Numbered from the stretch's first letter, positions 20,403-31,014 are shown. The stretch is DNA of 64,000 nucleotides from an uncultured delta proteobacterium (GCA_963847445.1 CAWJZV010000015.1:224001-288000), one strand, 5' to 3'. Translations and numbers: made by a program. The notes: generated from the letters alone by a model not told the origin.

Positions 20403-21659
20403 ATGGCGCACACCGACACAATCGAGCTTTTTCCGTATGGCCAAACCGATGTTAGAAAAGATGACATTGGTCCGGCCAAGCCCACGGTCATCCTGATTCG
20501 TTGGGCTGTGGTGATCCTGTGCAGCTATCTCATACTCCACCGAGTTGACGGCACGATCTCCAGCGACCTTTTGAACTTGCTGGTCGCACTCTACATGGCG
20601 ACCAACGTTGCCCTGTATTCGATCAAGGAAGAGTTGTTTCACCGGCCGGCGTTTCACAGCTCGTTGTTGGCGCTCGATACCTTCGTCATTACCATTTCAC
20701 TAATCGTCAATGGCAAAGTCGACAGCGAGTTTTTCCTGACTTACTTTTTTCTGATCATAATCTGTTGTTTCTTCGAGAGTTCCAAAACCGTCGCGGCGAT
20801 TTCGATCCTGGCACCATTAGGTTATGGCGCGCTCCTCTTTAGTAGCGGCTCCTACGACGCGAGCGCACTGTTACGGTTCCCATTTCTCTTCGTTGTGTCC
20901 TTATTTTACGGTTACTTCATGCAGCTGGTGCGGACACAAAAGGTGCTGCGCGAGCAGGCTGAGCAGAAGAACAAGGGGAAGGCGGAATTGCTCAACGTAC
21001 TTTCCCATGAATTGAAAACGCCGCTTACGGTCATCACCAGTTATGCCCAAGTGCTCAGGGAAAAGATGTTGGGTGACGTGACTTCGGAACAATCTGCTGC
21101 GCTGGGAAAGATCATGCAGCAATCGGAAACCTTGCTGGAAATCATGAACGCGATTCTCGATACCGCCAGTATCGAGACCCGCGCCGCCGAAGTGCGCAGG
21201 GAGGATGTTGCGCTTAGCGTATTGCTTGAAGATCTCCAGAGCAATTTTAGGGGGATCGGCGATAAGGACCAACAGTTGCTGGTATGGGACTATTCAGCAA
21301 CGTTGCCCAAGATGACGACCGATGCTGCGAAATTGAAAATCATTCTGCGCAACCTGATCAGTAATGCGCTCAAGTTCACCGAGAAAGGCGAAGTCCGTGT
21401 GACCGCTCGCCATCACCCAGAGAACAATCGAGTGGAGATCTCGATTAAAGACACGGGCATTGGAATCGATAAAGCGCAGAGCGTGCTAATCTTCCATAAG
21501 TTTTGGCAGGCCGATGCCGCCAAGATCAAAGACCATGGCGGCATGGGATTAGGCCTTTTTATCGTTAAGGAATTTTGTGAATTGCTCGGCGGTAGGGTCT
21601 CTGTTGAAAGCGAATTAGGCCAAGGGTCGGAGTTTAAAGTGGTGTTGCCCGCTCCATGA
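20403..21659 (+). CDS. Membrane-bound sensor histidine kinase (no receiver domain)
   Basis: N-terminal TM helices; SHELKTPL H-box, NLISNALKFT, DTGIGI, GMGLGL, GQGSEF. Confidence 0.92.
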   Translation: MAHTDTIELFPYGQTDVRKDDIGPAKPTVILIRWAVVILCSYLILHRVDGTISSDLLNLLVALYMATNVALYSIKEELFHRPAFHSSLLALDTFVITISLIVNGKVDSEFFLTYFFLIIICCFFESSKTVAAISILAPLGYGALLFSSGSYDASALLRFPFLFVVSLFYGYFMQLVRTQKVLREQAEQKNKGKAELLNVLSHELKTPLTVITSYAQVLREKMLGDVTSEQSAALGKIMQQSETLLEIMNAILDTASIETRAAEVRREDVALSVLLEDLQSNFRGIGDKDQQLLVWDYSATLPKMTTDAAKLKIILRNLISNALKFTEKGEVRVTARHHPENNRVEISIKDTGIGIDKAQSVLIFHKFWQADAAKIKDHGGMGLGLFIVKEFCELLGGRVSVESELGQGSEFKVVLPAP

Positions 21660-21873
21660 TTCTGTGATTTGACCACCCAGTTTCAGCTATTTTTGTAGCG
21701 CGCTGTAAGATTGCGGTCGGCTGCGTTTAACGTTTGGCTGTTAGTGGCGTAGAAAACTAGTCACGTAAGATTTCAAATTCGAAGCGCCACGGTGAAGTGG
21801 CTGTGGGTGAGAAAACGTCGCTGGGATAATCTCGGAAGCGGTCGATGGGGAGCGCTGGGGATGGGTTGTGGAC

Positions 21874-22077
21874 TTATCCAGCTTTTGGGATGACATTTTC
21901 CTCTTCCTCGACCCATTCCTGAAAACGGCTTTCCAAGATGCGCCATTGACCGCCCACCTTGAATGCCGGAATTTGCCGGTGCTGGATCATACGGTGCAGG
22001 GTTCTTTTGGATATCTTCAGTATGCCGGCAGCCTCCGCTAGGGTCAGCAACTTGATCACAGAATCGGGTTTTTGCAT
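21874..22077 (-). CDS. Small excisionase-type (HTH_17/MerR-like) DNA-binding protein
   Basis: LLTLAEAAGILKISKRTLHRMIQ...IPAFKVGGQWRI; AGGAG RBS. Confidence 0.85.
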   Translation of the reverse strand: MQKPDSVIKLLTLAEAAGILKISKRTLHRMIQHRQIPAFKVGGQWRILESRFQEWVEEEENVIPKAG

Positions 22078-22108
22078 GGCGATGGTACTCCTGAGTAGCT
22101 TACCACCG

Positions 22109-22124
22109 AGCAAGCGATATGCCA
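22109..22124 (-). promoter_or_regulatory. Sigma54 (-24/-12) promoter of the HTH gene
   Basis: Minus strand TGGCATATCGCTTGCT (GG-N10-GC). Confidence 0.75.
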
Positions 22125-22395
22125 TCATGGACAAGTCAATTAACCTATTGAAATCGCAGGCTCGCACTAGGCAAGCCAGGCGACGAGGACTTTGTTCTAT
22201 GGCAAATACTCGACAGGGCCGAACTGCTCGTGACAAAAGTGGCAGAAGGGCAAAATTGGCGATCTAGAATAGTAGGGGATCCCTCACTTACTGCCCCAGT
22301 CACGCTGGCTAGTCTAGCTAAGGCTAGAAGCCATATGAACAGCGAGCTCGATTGGCCGCTCGCGTCTGAAAGTTGAGCTGAGGCGTGAATTAGTG

Positions 22396-22482
22396 TGGTG
22401 CGAGGAGCGGGATTTGAACCCGCACGCCCTTTCGGGCACTAGCCCCTCAAACTAGCGCGTCTGCCGATTCCGCCACCCTCGC
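22396..22482 (-). tRNA. tRNA-Leu (GAG)
   Basis: GCGAGGG acceptor, anticodon arm CTAGT-TTGAGGG-GCTAG, long variable arm, GGTTCAAATCC, 3' CCA; conserved position after secG. Confidence 0.96.
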
Positions 22483-22495
22483 AGTAGATAAAATC

Positions 22496-22864
22496 TTACG
22501 GATTTGCTGCCTTCGCTGGTAGTGTAGATTCTGGCTTAGCCGTCGCCGGTGGCGCTGACTGCTGCTGTGCCGGTGCCACTGGTTGGGCGCTGGTTGCTGC
22601 CGCCGGAGTTCGATTGTCGAATATCGTTGCCGACGGCTTGCGACCGGCGAAGTATCCAAGAGCTAACGATGTGACCATGAACACGATCGCCATGCCGGTG
22701 GTCAAGCGAGTCAGAAAGTTGCCGGCGCCGCTGCTGCCGAAGATCGTCGAGCTCGATCCGCCAAAAACCGCGCCAATCTCGGCACCTTTGCCGGTTTGAA
22801 GCAGTACCACCAGGATCAGCCCAACGCTGACGATGACATGTAAAATTGTGACTGCGATTATCAT
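22496..22864 (-). CDS. secG: Preprotein translocase subunit SecG
   Basis: LILVVLLQTGKGAEIGAVFGG...FGSSGAGNFLTRLT. Confidence 0.95.
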   Translation of the reverse strand: MIIAVTILHVIVSVGLILVVLLQTGKGAEIGAVFGGSSSTIFGSSGAGNFLTRLTTGMAIVFMVTSLALGYFAGRKPSATIFDNRTPAAATSAQPVAPAQQQSAPPATAKPESTLPAKAANP

Positions 22865-22871
22865 AAAACCC

Positions 22872-23636
22872 TTACTTCTGTGAGAACGCTCGAATAATCG
22901 GTAAAAAAGTCTCGCTCTGCAAGCTCGCACCGCCAACGAGAAATCCGTCAATCTCTTCTACAGCCACGAGACTCGCGACATTCTCTGGTTTAACGCTACC
23001 GCCGTACAATATCCGCGCATGTTTTCCCGCCGAAGGCCCAAACCGATTGGTCAGACACTTGCGGATTAGGCGGTGAACTTGGCTGATCTGTTTTGGCGTT
23101 GCGTTTTGTCCGGTGCCGATGGCCCAGACCGGCTCGTAAGCGATTTCAATATTGGCTATATCAGCTTTCGTCAATCCCTTCAATGCAATCCGCAGCTGGC
23201 GGCGAATTACCATCGCGGTTGTTTTCGCTTGGCGCTCATCGAGAGTTTCGCCAACGCATAAAATCGCCCGTATCCCCTGGCTCAACACGGGCGCCAGCTT
23301 GCGCCCGATCATTGCGTCGCTTTCGTGAAAGATGTGGCGCCGCTCGGAATGGCCGACGATGACATAGGCGCAACCGATTTCGCGCAGCATCACGGGACTG
23401 ACCTCGCCGGTATAGGCGCCATGGCTTTCCCAGTGGCAGTTTTGCGCGGCGAGCTTAATCGGGCTGCCTCTGAGGCATCGATGAACCGCGTTCAGTGCGG
23501 TGAACGGCGGCGCCAGGACGACCTCCGCGCTGACGGGTTCGCGGCGCAGTGCGCGAACGATCTGCCGAGCCAGGCGGGCGCAGTGGGCCTGATCGCCATG
23601 CATCTTCCAATTGGCGACTACCAGTGGTGTGCTCAT
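22872..23636 (-). CDS. tpiA: Triosephosphate isomerase
   Basis: ANWKM, GHSERR, AYEPVWAIGTG, YGGSV, VGGASL. Confidence 0.97.
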   Translation of the reverse strand: MSTPLVVANWKMHGDQAHCARLARQIVRALRREPVSAEVVLAPPFTALNAVHRCLRGSPIKLAAQNCHWESHGAYTGEVSPVMLREIGCAYVIVGHSERRHIFHESDAMIGRKLAPVLSQGIRAILCVGETLDERQAKTTAMVIRRQLRIALKGLTKADIANIEIAYEPVWAIGTGQNATPKQISQVHRLIRKCLTNRFGPSAGKHARILYGGSVKPENVASLVAVEEIDGFLVGGASLQSETFLPIIRAFSQK

Positions 23637-24815
23637 GGTTGGTCGTCCAGTGCTTTGATCCCCGGGAGGGTTTTGCCTTCAAGAAATTCCAAAGTCGCGC
23701 CGCCGCCGGTTGACAGGTGGGCGATACGTGCACTTACGCCCGCTGCCGATACCGCCGCTACCGTGTCGCCACCGGCAATGACGCCGACCACCGCGGGATG
23801 ATTGTCGGCCAGGGTTTGCGCGAGAACCCGGCTCCCTTGGTCGTAGGGTGGGACCTCAAAAAGTCCCGACCGGCCCATTCCACAGGACGAGCTTGGCTTT
23901 GCCGATCTCGGCTGCGAAGATTAGCGCGGTCTTGGGTCCGATGTCGAGTCCCACGCGGTCCTCTGGAATCGCGCTGTCGTTGATGGTTATTGGATGCTTT
24001 CTTTCGCTGTCGCCGGCGATATGATCGACCGGCAGTAGCAGGTTGACACCGAGCTGTTCGGCTTGCTGCATCAGTTCGGTTGCGAGGTCGATCTTATCAT
24101 GCTCCAGCAGCGACTTGCCGATGCCGACGCCCTTGGCTTTCAAGAACGTGTAGGCCATGCCCCCGCCGATTAGCAGACTGCTCACTTGGGGCAGCAGATT
24201 TCTGATCACGCCGATCTTGTCGGAAACCTTTGCCCCGCCCAGTATCGTAACGAAGGGCTTCGCTGGATGGGCCAGTAGTGGTCCGAGATAGTCCAATTCT
24301 TTCTGTAAGAGCAGGCCGGCGCCTTTATTCTTGAAAAATTTCGCCATGCCGGCAATCGAGGCGTGCGCGCGGTGGGCCGCGCCAAAGGCGTCGTCAACGT
24401 AAGTGTCGGCGAGGGCGGCCAGAGCGCGGGAAAAATTTTCGTCGTTTTTCTCTTCTTCCGGGTGAAAACGGAGGTTTTCCAGAAGCACGACTTTGCTGTC
24501 TCCCGTCCGCACCAGACTTTCAACGGCTGGGCCGATGCAGTCGCTGGCCATGGTGACGGGAAGTTTCAGGGAGTCTTGCAGGTAGCGTTGCACTGGCGCC
24601 AGGCTGTACTTCTCGACCACTTTACCGTCGGGCCGGCCCAGGTGTGAGGCAACAATAACTTTCTTGGCGCGCTCCAAGATGAAGCGGAGGGTCGGTAGCG
24701 CGCTGTCGATACGATGCGGCTCGCCGACTTTGCCGTCTTTGATCGGCACGTTAAAGTCCACGCGCAGGAACACCGTCTTGTCATGCAGATCGAGTTCGGT
24801 GAGTTTTCGAATCAT
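23633..24815 (-). CDS. pgk: Phosphoglycerate kinase (frameshift near 23868, probably assembly error)
   Basis: RVDFNVP, SHLGRP, LLENLRF, GGAKVSDKI, WNGP.G.FE, GGDT, HLSTGGGA.LE. Confidence 0.95.
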
Positions 24816-24863
24816 GGTTTCGGTCTCCACCCAGGAAAGTTTTGATAAAACAGGATTTCTCAA

Positions 24864-24892
24864 TTGACTAATTACAAGGCTTGTAATACTTT
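24864..24892 (+). promoter_or_regulatory. Putative sigma70 promoter of tolQ with a perfect palindrome in the spacer
   Basis: TTGACT-N17-TACTTT; ATTACAAG-G-CTTGTAAT at 24871-24887. Confidence 0.55.
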
Positions 24893-24915
24893 TTCAATTA
24901 TCCGCAGCAAAACTC

Positions 24916-25659
24916 GTGATGTCTTTTTTCCGGTCGTTTAATTTAATACTGCAAAACGCTCTGCCAGCGCCGCAACAGCACGGAATTCTCGATCTGGTGC
25001 GCGGTTCCGGGCTGGTCGTGCAGGGGATTCTCTATATTCTGGTTTTTTTCTCGGTGATGAGTTGGGGCATTATCGCACAGAAATTTCAGCAGATTCGCCG
25101 CGCCAAGAGGGAGTCGGCGAAGTTCATCGAAATATTTTGGGAACGGCGCAATCTGTCGTCGATCCACGATGCCAGCCGTGAGTTGGCGTCAAGCCCGGTG
25201 GGTCAGGTGTTTCGTGCCGGTTACGAAGAGCTGGTGCGGGTGTCGCGCTCGAAGAAGGAGTCGTCGCCGGGGGAAAGTCTCACCACCGAATTGGGCGGTG
25301 TCGACAACGTCTCGCGGGCGATGCAGCGGGCGACCAGTGTTGAGATCACCAAGTTGGAAAAGCACTGCTCGTTCCTGGCGACGACGGCAAGTTCGGCGCC
25401 GTTCGTCGGACTGTTCGGCACGGTTTGGGGCATCATGAATGCTTTTCTCGGGCTGAGTGTTACCCAGTCTTCGAGTATCCAAGCGGTTGCTCCGGGCATC
25501 GCCGAGGCGTTGATCGCCACTGCAGTCGGGTTGGCTGCGGCGATTCCAGCCTTGATCGCCTACAATTATTTTGTCCAGCAGATCAAGGTGGTCGCCGTGG
25601 AGATGGACAACTTTTCTCACGAATTTCTCAATATCGCAGAACGCCACTTCTTCAAGTAA
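24916..25659 (+). CDS. tolQ: TolQ
   Basis: LATTASSAPFVGLFGTVWGIM, VAPGIAEALIATA.GL. Confidence 0.95.
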   Translation: MMSFFRSFNLILQNALPAPQQHGILDLVRGSGLVVQGILYILVFFSVMSWGIIAQKFQQIRRAKRESAKFIEIFWERRNLSSIHDASRELASSPVGQVFRAGYEELVRVSRSKKESSPGESLTTELGGVDNVSRAMQRATSVEITKLEKHCSFLATTASSAPFVGLFGTVWGIMNAFLGLSVTQSSSIQAVAPGIAEALIATAVGLAAAIPALIAYNYFVQQIKVVAVEMDNFSHEFLNIAERHFFK

Positions 25660-25718
25660 CAAAATAAAAGCGTATAATCGGACTATCGTCGGTAGTAATT
25701 TTAGGAGACGGTATAGCC

Positions 25719-26135
25719 ATGGATGCATCGTCCCAGCGCAATGGCGCAACAATAGCGGCGATCAATGTGACGCCGTTGGTCGACGTGATGCTGGTTTTGC
25801 TGGTGATTTTTATGGTGACGGCACCGATCATCCAACAGGGCGTGCAGGTCAATTTGCCGGCGGCGCGAAGCAGTGCAATACCCGGAACCGAAGAACATCT
25901 GGTGGTGACCGTGGCCAAGAACGGCAAGACTTATCTGAACGACAATGTCATGACCCTCGGCGAACTCGGCGCAAAACTGCGCGCGATTGCGAAATCCCAG
26001 CCGAACAAGCAAGTCTATTTAAGGGCGGACCAAGATGTCCGTTACGGCCTGGTGATGAAAACCATTGCTGAAATTAAGCAGGCCGGTATTGAACGGCTGG
26101 GCATGGTCACCCGGCCGCCGTCTGAAGAGGGCTGA
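25719..26135 (+). CDS. tolR: TolR
   Basis: INVTPLVDVMLVLLVIFMVTAP, LRADQ.V.YG. Confidence 0.95.
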   Translation: MDASSQRNGATIAAINVTPLVDVMLVLLVIFMVTAPIIQQGVQVNLPAARSSAIPGTEEHLVVTVAKNGKTYLNDNVMTLGELGAKLRAIAKSQPNKQVYLRADQDVRYGLVMKTIAEIKQAGIERLGMVTRPPSEEG

Positions 26136-26141
26136 TTGTCG

Positions 26142-27062
26142 ATGACAGGAGATAATTCCTCTCCAACCATTAGTTTGCGTGAACGCTCGTTTCCTCTCGC
26201 CGGCGCCGAAGAACGGTTGCCGAAGTGGGTCACGTTTTCTTTGATCGTCCATGTCGGTCTAGCGCTACTGATTATCATCGCGCCCTTTACGTCGTCACCG
26301 CGTTTGCCGACTACTCCCATTTACACAGTCGATTTGGTCGGCGGCGAGCGCATTGGTCGCACCTCCTTTGGAACCGAGTTAAGCGGTCCGGCAAAAAACG
26401 ATGTGAAAGCGGCCGAAGCGCCAGCGCCGATCGCTGTCCCGAAGAAAGAAATGCGCCAGGAAAAGGCCGAGAAAACCAAAATCGCGGAAAAGAAAATTGT
26501 CGACGATGACCATGTCCTGCTGCGCGACAAGGTCAAAAAGGAGCCCGCGAAAAAAGAACCGACCAATGAATCCAAAGACGAGGATAGAGCTGAAACTGCT
26601 TCCGCCGATAGCGTGCGCGAACGGTTGATCAAGTCCGCCGCTGAGCGAGCGTCGGCGGGAACTGGAACCGCTCAGAAATCGTCAAAAGGAGAGGCGCTAA
26701 GCACGGGTACCGGCGAGGGTGTGGGTGGTGCGGCGTTGGGAGCGAGTGGACGTGGCGGCCCAGGGATAGTCAAAGGGATGGATTATGTCATCTATCAAAA
26801 TCGCATGCTGAGCACGATTAAGAATAATTGGGTATGGGTGGGACCGCGCAGCAAGATCAAAGTCGTAGTGCAGTTTAATATCAAAGACAGCGGCGAAATA
26901 GTCGGGCTCAAGATTGCCCAGTCATCCGGCAATTCGTCTTACGACGATTCAGTCCTGAGGGCGGTGCGAAAATCGAGCCCGCTGCCAGCGCTCACGGAAA
27001 ACATTCGCAATGGTTTCTCCGAAGTCGAGCTGGCATTTCGGCCGGAGGATCTGGAGGCTTAA
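26142..27062 (+). CDS. tolA: TolA/TonB-family energy transducer
   Basis: TM helix with S...H motif, Lys/Glu-rich linker, C-terminal SSGN..YD.S.LRAV; between tolR and tolB. Confidence 0.8.
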   Translation: MTGDNSSPTISLRERSFPLAGAEERLPKWVTFSLIVHVGLALLIIIAPFTSSPRLPTTPIYTVDLVGGERIGRTSFGTELSGPAKNDVKAAEAPAPIAVPKKEMRQEKAEKTKIAEKKIVDDDHVLLRDKVKKEPAKKEPTNESKDEDRAETASADSVRERLIKSAAERASAGTGTAQKSSKGEALSTGTGEGVGGAALGASGRGGPGIVKGMDYVIYQNRMLSTIKNNWVWVGPRSKIKVVVQFNIKDSGEIVGLKIAQSSGNSSYDDSVLRAVRKSSPLPALTENIRNGFSEVELAFRPEDLEA

Positions 27063-27066
27063 TCGG

Positions 27067-28386
27067 ATGAAAGTTTTGTTCCTGGTGCTAGCGTTCATAG
27101 TCAGTTTCAATATCGAAACGGCGTTGGCGCAATTTAAAGGCGAGATCGTCGGTTCCGGCGGCCAGAAGTTTCCCATTGCGGTATCGCCGCTGCGCAATAC
27201 TCGGCGGGTCGACGGCTGATTCCGGCCGCTTCTCGACGGGAATCGCCGATGCCATCGTCCATGATCTGGAGCTTTCGGGCTGGTTCCGGGTAATCGATCG
27301 ATCGAGTTACATCGAAAGCCCGCAAAAGAGCGGCATTACGCTCGGCACCTTCGATCTTAAAGATTGGTCGACCCTCGGCGCGGAGGGATTAGTCAAGGGC
27401 GGGTTCTCGGTGCAGGGCGATGAGATCACCGTGGAGTTGCGGTTGTTCGATGTCTACCAAGGCAAAGAGCGCATCGCCAAACGTTACACTGGGGGAGTGC
27501 GCCAATTTCGCCGCATCGCCCATAAATTCGTCGACGAGATTATCAACCAATTCACCGGTATTCCCGGCGTTTTCAATACCCAAATCGCCTACGTCTCCAA
27601 TAGCGGCGGTCGCTTTAAAGAGATTTACTTGTCGCATCTTGACGGTAGCGAGAAGACTCAGGTCACCGATAACCGGACAATCAACCTCTCGCCGTCCTGG
27701 AGCGCCAACGGCCGGTCCATTCTGTATTCATCGTTCAAGGATCGCGGTCAAACCCTCTTTCTCCGCGATCTCGACAGCGGCAAAGAAGTCAGATTCAATC
27801 CTCCCGGCGCGGGCCGGTATCTCGGCGGTAAGCTTTCTCCCGACGGCCAAATGGTGGTGGCCACCTATGAGTCGGCGGGCAACACCAATCTTTATCTGCT
27901 CGATCGCAACGGTGGCGTTATCCGGCGCTTGACCGAGGACCCTGGGATCGAGGTCTCGCCGGCTTGGTCGCCCGATGGCAAACAGGTTGTGTTCGTGTCC
28001 GACCGTAGCGGTTCGCCGCAGATTTTCGTTATCGACATTCAGGGTGGCAAGACCCGGCGGGTGACTTACAGCGGGAGTTACAACACTTCGCCCGAATGGT
28101 CTCCCAAGGGAGACCGCATCGTCTATACCGGTAGGGTCGGAAGCAAGTTTGCTATCTTTACGATCGCCGCGGAAGGCGGCGATCCGCGCAAGCTCACGTC
28201 GGAAGCGTCAATGACAGCGAAGATCCGACTTGGTCGCCGGATGGCAGATTTATTGCGTTTTCATCAAATCGCGCCGGCAAGTACCATCTTTATGTGATGC
28301 AAGCGAGTGGTGAGAATCAACGGCGACTGACAGGCTCCGGTGGTGACGACACCAAACCGAGCTGGTCGCCGCGGCTCCTCGACTGA
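27067..28386 (+). CDS. tolB: TolB (frameshifts near 27200 and 28205)
   Basis: DLELSG.F, repeated PD40 motifs SP.WSPDG, SDRSGSPQI. Confidence 0.92.
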
Positions 28387-28446
28387 ACTATTTCTCTAAA
28401 CGGTTGTGACTAAAGCAAGTTTTCGACCAATAAGATGGAGGTTTCG

Positions 28447-29042
28447 ATGACAATTCGTGGGAGAAATGCAAATTGCGGATTTTTGCTGCTTGGATTAGTT
28501 GCGCTCGGCTGTGCACCGACAGCGCCACCCAAACCCGACCCGGCGTTTACGGGGGAACCGGCTCAGCGTCGGCAAAGTCCTCCGACACTGTACGCTCCGG
28601 CGACGGTCAGCGTGGCGCTACCAAAGAGTCGGACGCGACCGCGTCGAGCCTGAAGGCGTTGCAAGAGGGCAAGCCGCCGATCACGCCGGCGTCGAGTCCC
28701 TTGAAAGACGCTTTCTTCGACTTCGACCGCTACGATCTCAGCGCTGACGCGCGCGCCGTTTTGCGCGCCAACGCCGATTGGCTTAAAGGCAATCCGTCGG
28801 TGCGGGTCGAGATAGAAGGCCACTGCGATGAGCGCGGCACCAGCGATTACAATCTAGCATTGGGCGCGAAAAGAGCCCAGACGGCGCGGGAATACCTGGT
28901 GTCGTTGGGAATAGCGCCGGATCGTTTGTCGACAACCAGCTATGGTGAGGAAATCCCGGTATGCCAAGAGCACTCGGAAGGCTGTTGGCGGCAAAATCGC
29001 CGGGCACGCTTTGTCGTCGTCGAACGACGCTCCACTTCTTGA
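28447..29042 (+). CDS. pal: Peptidoglycan-associated lipoprotein (frameshift near 28555)
   Basis: Lipobox LGC, FFDFD, IEGHCDERGT.DYNLALG..RA, SYGEE.P, NRRA. Confidence 0.93.
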
Positions 29043-29045
29043 TCG

Positions 29046-29945
29046 ATGGCTATTATTATAAGGACGGCTCCATTGTTCACTTATAAATATCAAATCCTAT
29101 TTGTCTTGACCGCTTTGGTGGTTGCGTCCGGCTGTGTGAACCCGCAGCAGGTAGATCTGCTCGAACGCGACCAACGGCGGCTGCGTGGCGATGTCGGTTC
29201 GATACAGTCGAATATCGGTACGATGCAGTCCGATATCGACGCGGTGCGGACAAGTTTGGCCGATACCCGGGCCAACTTACAGCAGATGCAACGCGATATC
29301 AGCGCGATTCGCGAGCGCATCGATGAAACCCGAGTGCAAGTCGGACGGCAAATCGGCCAAACCAGCCGGGATGGCGATCAGCGGGTTAAGACTTTAGAGT
29401 CTCGTTTGCTCAAACTTGAAGAAGATGCCAAAGCCCAAGCTGAGCATTTGAAAAACCGCGAAGCCGAGATCCAGCAACTGAAGGAGGCTGCGCAAACGGC
29501 GCAAGCTGCTCAAGCCGCTCAAGCGAACGCACCGGATGGCTATGCCGAAGCGGCGCTTGGCGAGTCGGACGGGGCGCGGCGAGATTTTGACAGCGGCTGG
29601 CGTCTGTTCGAACGCAAAGATTTTCGCTCGGCGGCCGGCCGGTTTCGCGAGTTCGTGAAAAAATATCCCAAGAGCCGGATCGCGGCGAACGCGCAATATT
29701 GGCTCGGTGAATGCCACTACGGTCTCAAAGAATACGACAAGGCGATCGTTGAGTTGGACGAAGTGCGGCGCCGTTACCCGCAATCGGAGAAAGTCCCGGC
29801 GGCGCTGTTGCGGCAGGGCTTCGCCTTTGCCGAGCTCGGTGAAAAATTAAACGCCCGTTTGGTGCTGCAAGATGTCGTCGAAAAGTATTCCCAATCTCCG
29901 GAAGCGCTCAAGGCCAAGCAAAAACTCAAATCCCTCGAGTCCTAG
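29046..29945 (+). CDS. cpoB: Tol-pal system protein CpoB/YbgF
   Basis: Lipobox ASGC, coiled coil, TPR with YP.S..A.NAQYWLGE; follows pal. Confidence 0.88.
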   Translation: MAIIIRTAPLFTYKYQILFVLTALVVASGCVNPQQVDLLERDQRRLRGDVGSIQSNIGTMQSDIDAVRTSLADTRANLQQMQRDISAIRERIDETRVQVGRQIGQTSRDGDQRVKTLESRLLKLEEDAKAQAEHLKNREAEIQQLKEAAQTAQAAQAAQANAPDGYAEAALGESDGARRDFDSGWRLFERKDFRSAAGRFREFVKKYPKSRIAANAQYWLGECHYGLKEYDKAIVELDEVRRRYPQSEKVPAALLRQGFAFAELGEKLNARLVLQDVVEKYSQSPEALKAKQKLKSLES

Positions 29946-30048
29946 CCCCTTGTCATCCGCATAGCGCAACGAAGTGCCGCGCTATGCGCGCCTGCTTGGC
30001 GCACCGGTGTGACTCCCAGAGTGGTTCGGTGTTATTGTACGGTATACC

Positions 30049-30999
30049 ATGCAGATAATCCGTCACATCGACGATCCCGCGCTCGCCTTCGAGGGCGCCA
30101 GCGTGACTTTGGGCAACTTCGATGGCATTCACTTGGGCCATCAGGAGCTCATCAAGAATACGGTTGACGATGCCAGGCGGCTGGGAGTGTGCTCCGCGGT
30201 GTTAACTTTCGAGCCTCATCCACTGCGCGTGCTCGCTCCCGACCGGGCGCCTAAGATGCTGCTTACCCATAAGGACAAGATGCAGCTGCTGCAAGCGCTC
30301 GGTGTCGATTGCGTGGTGATTCAACAGTTCGATCGCGCCTTTGCCGCCATTCCCGCACAGGAGTTCGTGCGCAAGTATTTGCGCGAGCGGCTGCACGCCA
30401 AGAAGGTTTGGGTCGGCAAGGATCTACGCTTTGGCAAGGGACGCGGCGGCGATATCGAGAACTTGCGCGCCTGGGGCGCGCAATTGGAGTACGCAGTGGG
30501 CATTGTCGAGCCGGTCATGGTAGCTGGCGAGCGCGTCAGTAGCTCGCGGATTCGCGAACTCATCGGCGCCGGCGCAGTCGCCGCGGTGCAGCCGATGTTG
30601 GCGCGATACTATTTCATTTCCGGCAAGGTCGTGCCCGGTCACCGGCGCGGCCGTGAGCTCGGCTTTCCGACGGCCAACATCGTCAGCCGGGCCGAGATCG
30701 TTCCGCGCGACGGTATCTATGCGACCTTGTTCCACCTCGGCGAGAAGGTTCTGCCCAGCGTTACCAGCGTCGGGCTTAACCCTACCTTCGGCGCCGGCCC
30801 GCGCACCGTCGAGAGCTATATATTGCATTTTGATCGGGACATTTACGGCGAGTCGGTGCAGGTATCGTTCGTCGCTCGGCTCCGTGACGAATTGAACTTC
30901 GCTTCGGTGACATCGTTGATCGAGCAGATCCATGTCGATATCGCTGACGCCAAGAAAATCCTCGCAGTTCAGGGCTTTGCTGTCGACGACATAGGCTGA
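30049..30999 (+). CDS. ribF: Bifunctional riboflavin kinase/FAD synthetase
   Basis: GNFDGIHLGHQ, TFEPHP, VSSSRIR, GRELGFPTAN, G.NPTF. Confidence 0.96.
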   Translation: MQIIRHIDDPALAFEGASVTLGNFDGIHLGHQELIKNTVDDARRLGVCSAVLTFEPHPLRVLAPDRAPKMLLTHKDKMQLLQALGVDCVVIQQFDRAFAAIPAQEFVRKYLRERLHAKKVWVGKDLRFGKGRGGDIENLRAWGAQLEYAVGIVEPVMVAGERVSSSRIRELIGAGAVAAVQPMLARYYFISGKVVPGHRRGRELGFPTANIVSRAEIVPRDGIYATLFHLGEKVLPSVTSVGLNPTFGAGPRTVESYILHFDRDIYGESVQVSFVARLRDELNFASVTSLIEQIHVDIADAKKILAVQGFAVDDIG

Positions 31000-31014
31000 C
31001 GCAAAATCTTAAGC

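Noticed and set aside
21660-22482. Prophage or ICE integrated at tRNA-Leu
   Set aside because: No integrase, att duplication or phage genes seen; the HTH gene has a host-type sigma54 promoter.
23633-29042. pgk, tolB and pal as pseudogenes or programmed frameshifts
   Set aside because: Core genes with otherwise intact motifs and no slippery sites; the indels match the window-wide error pattern.
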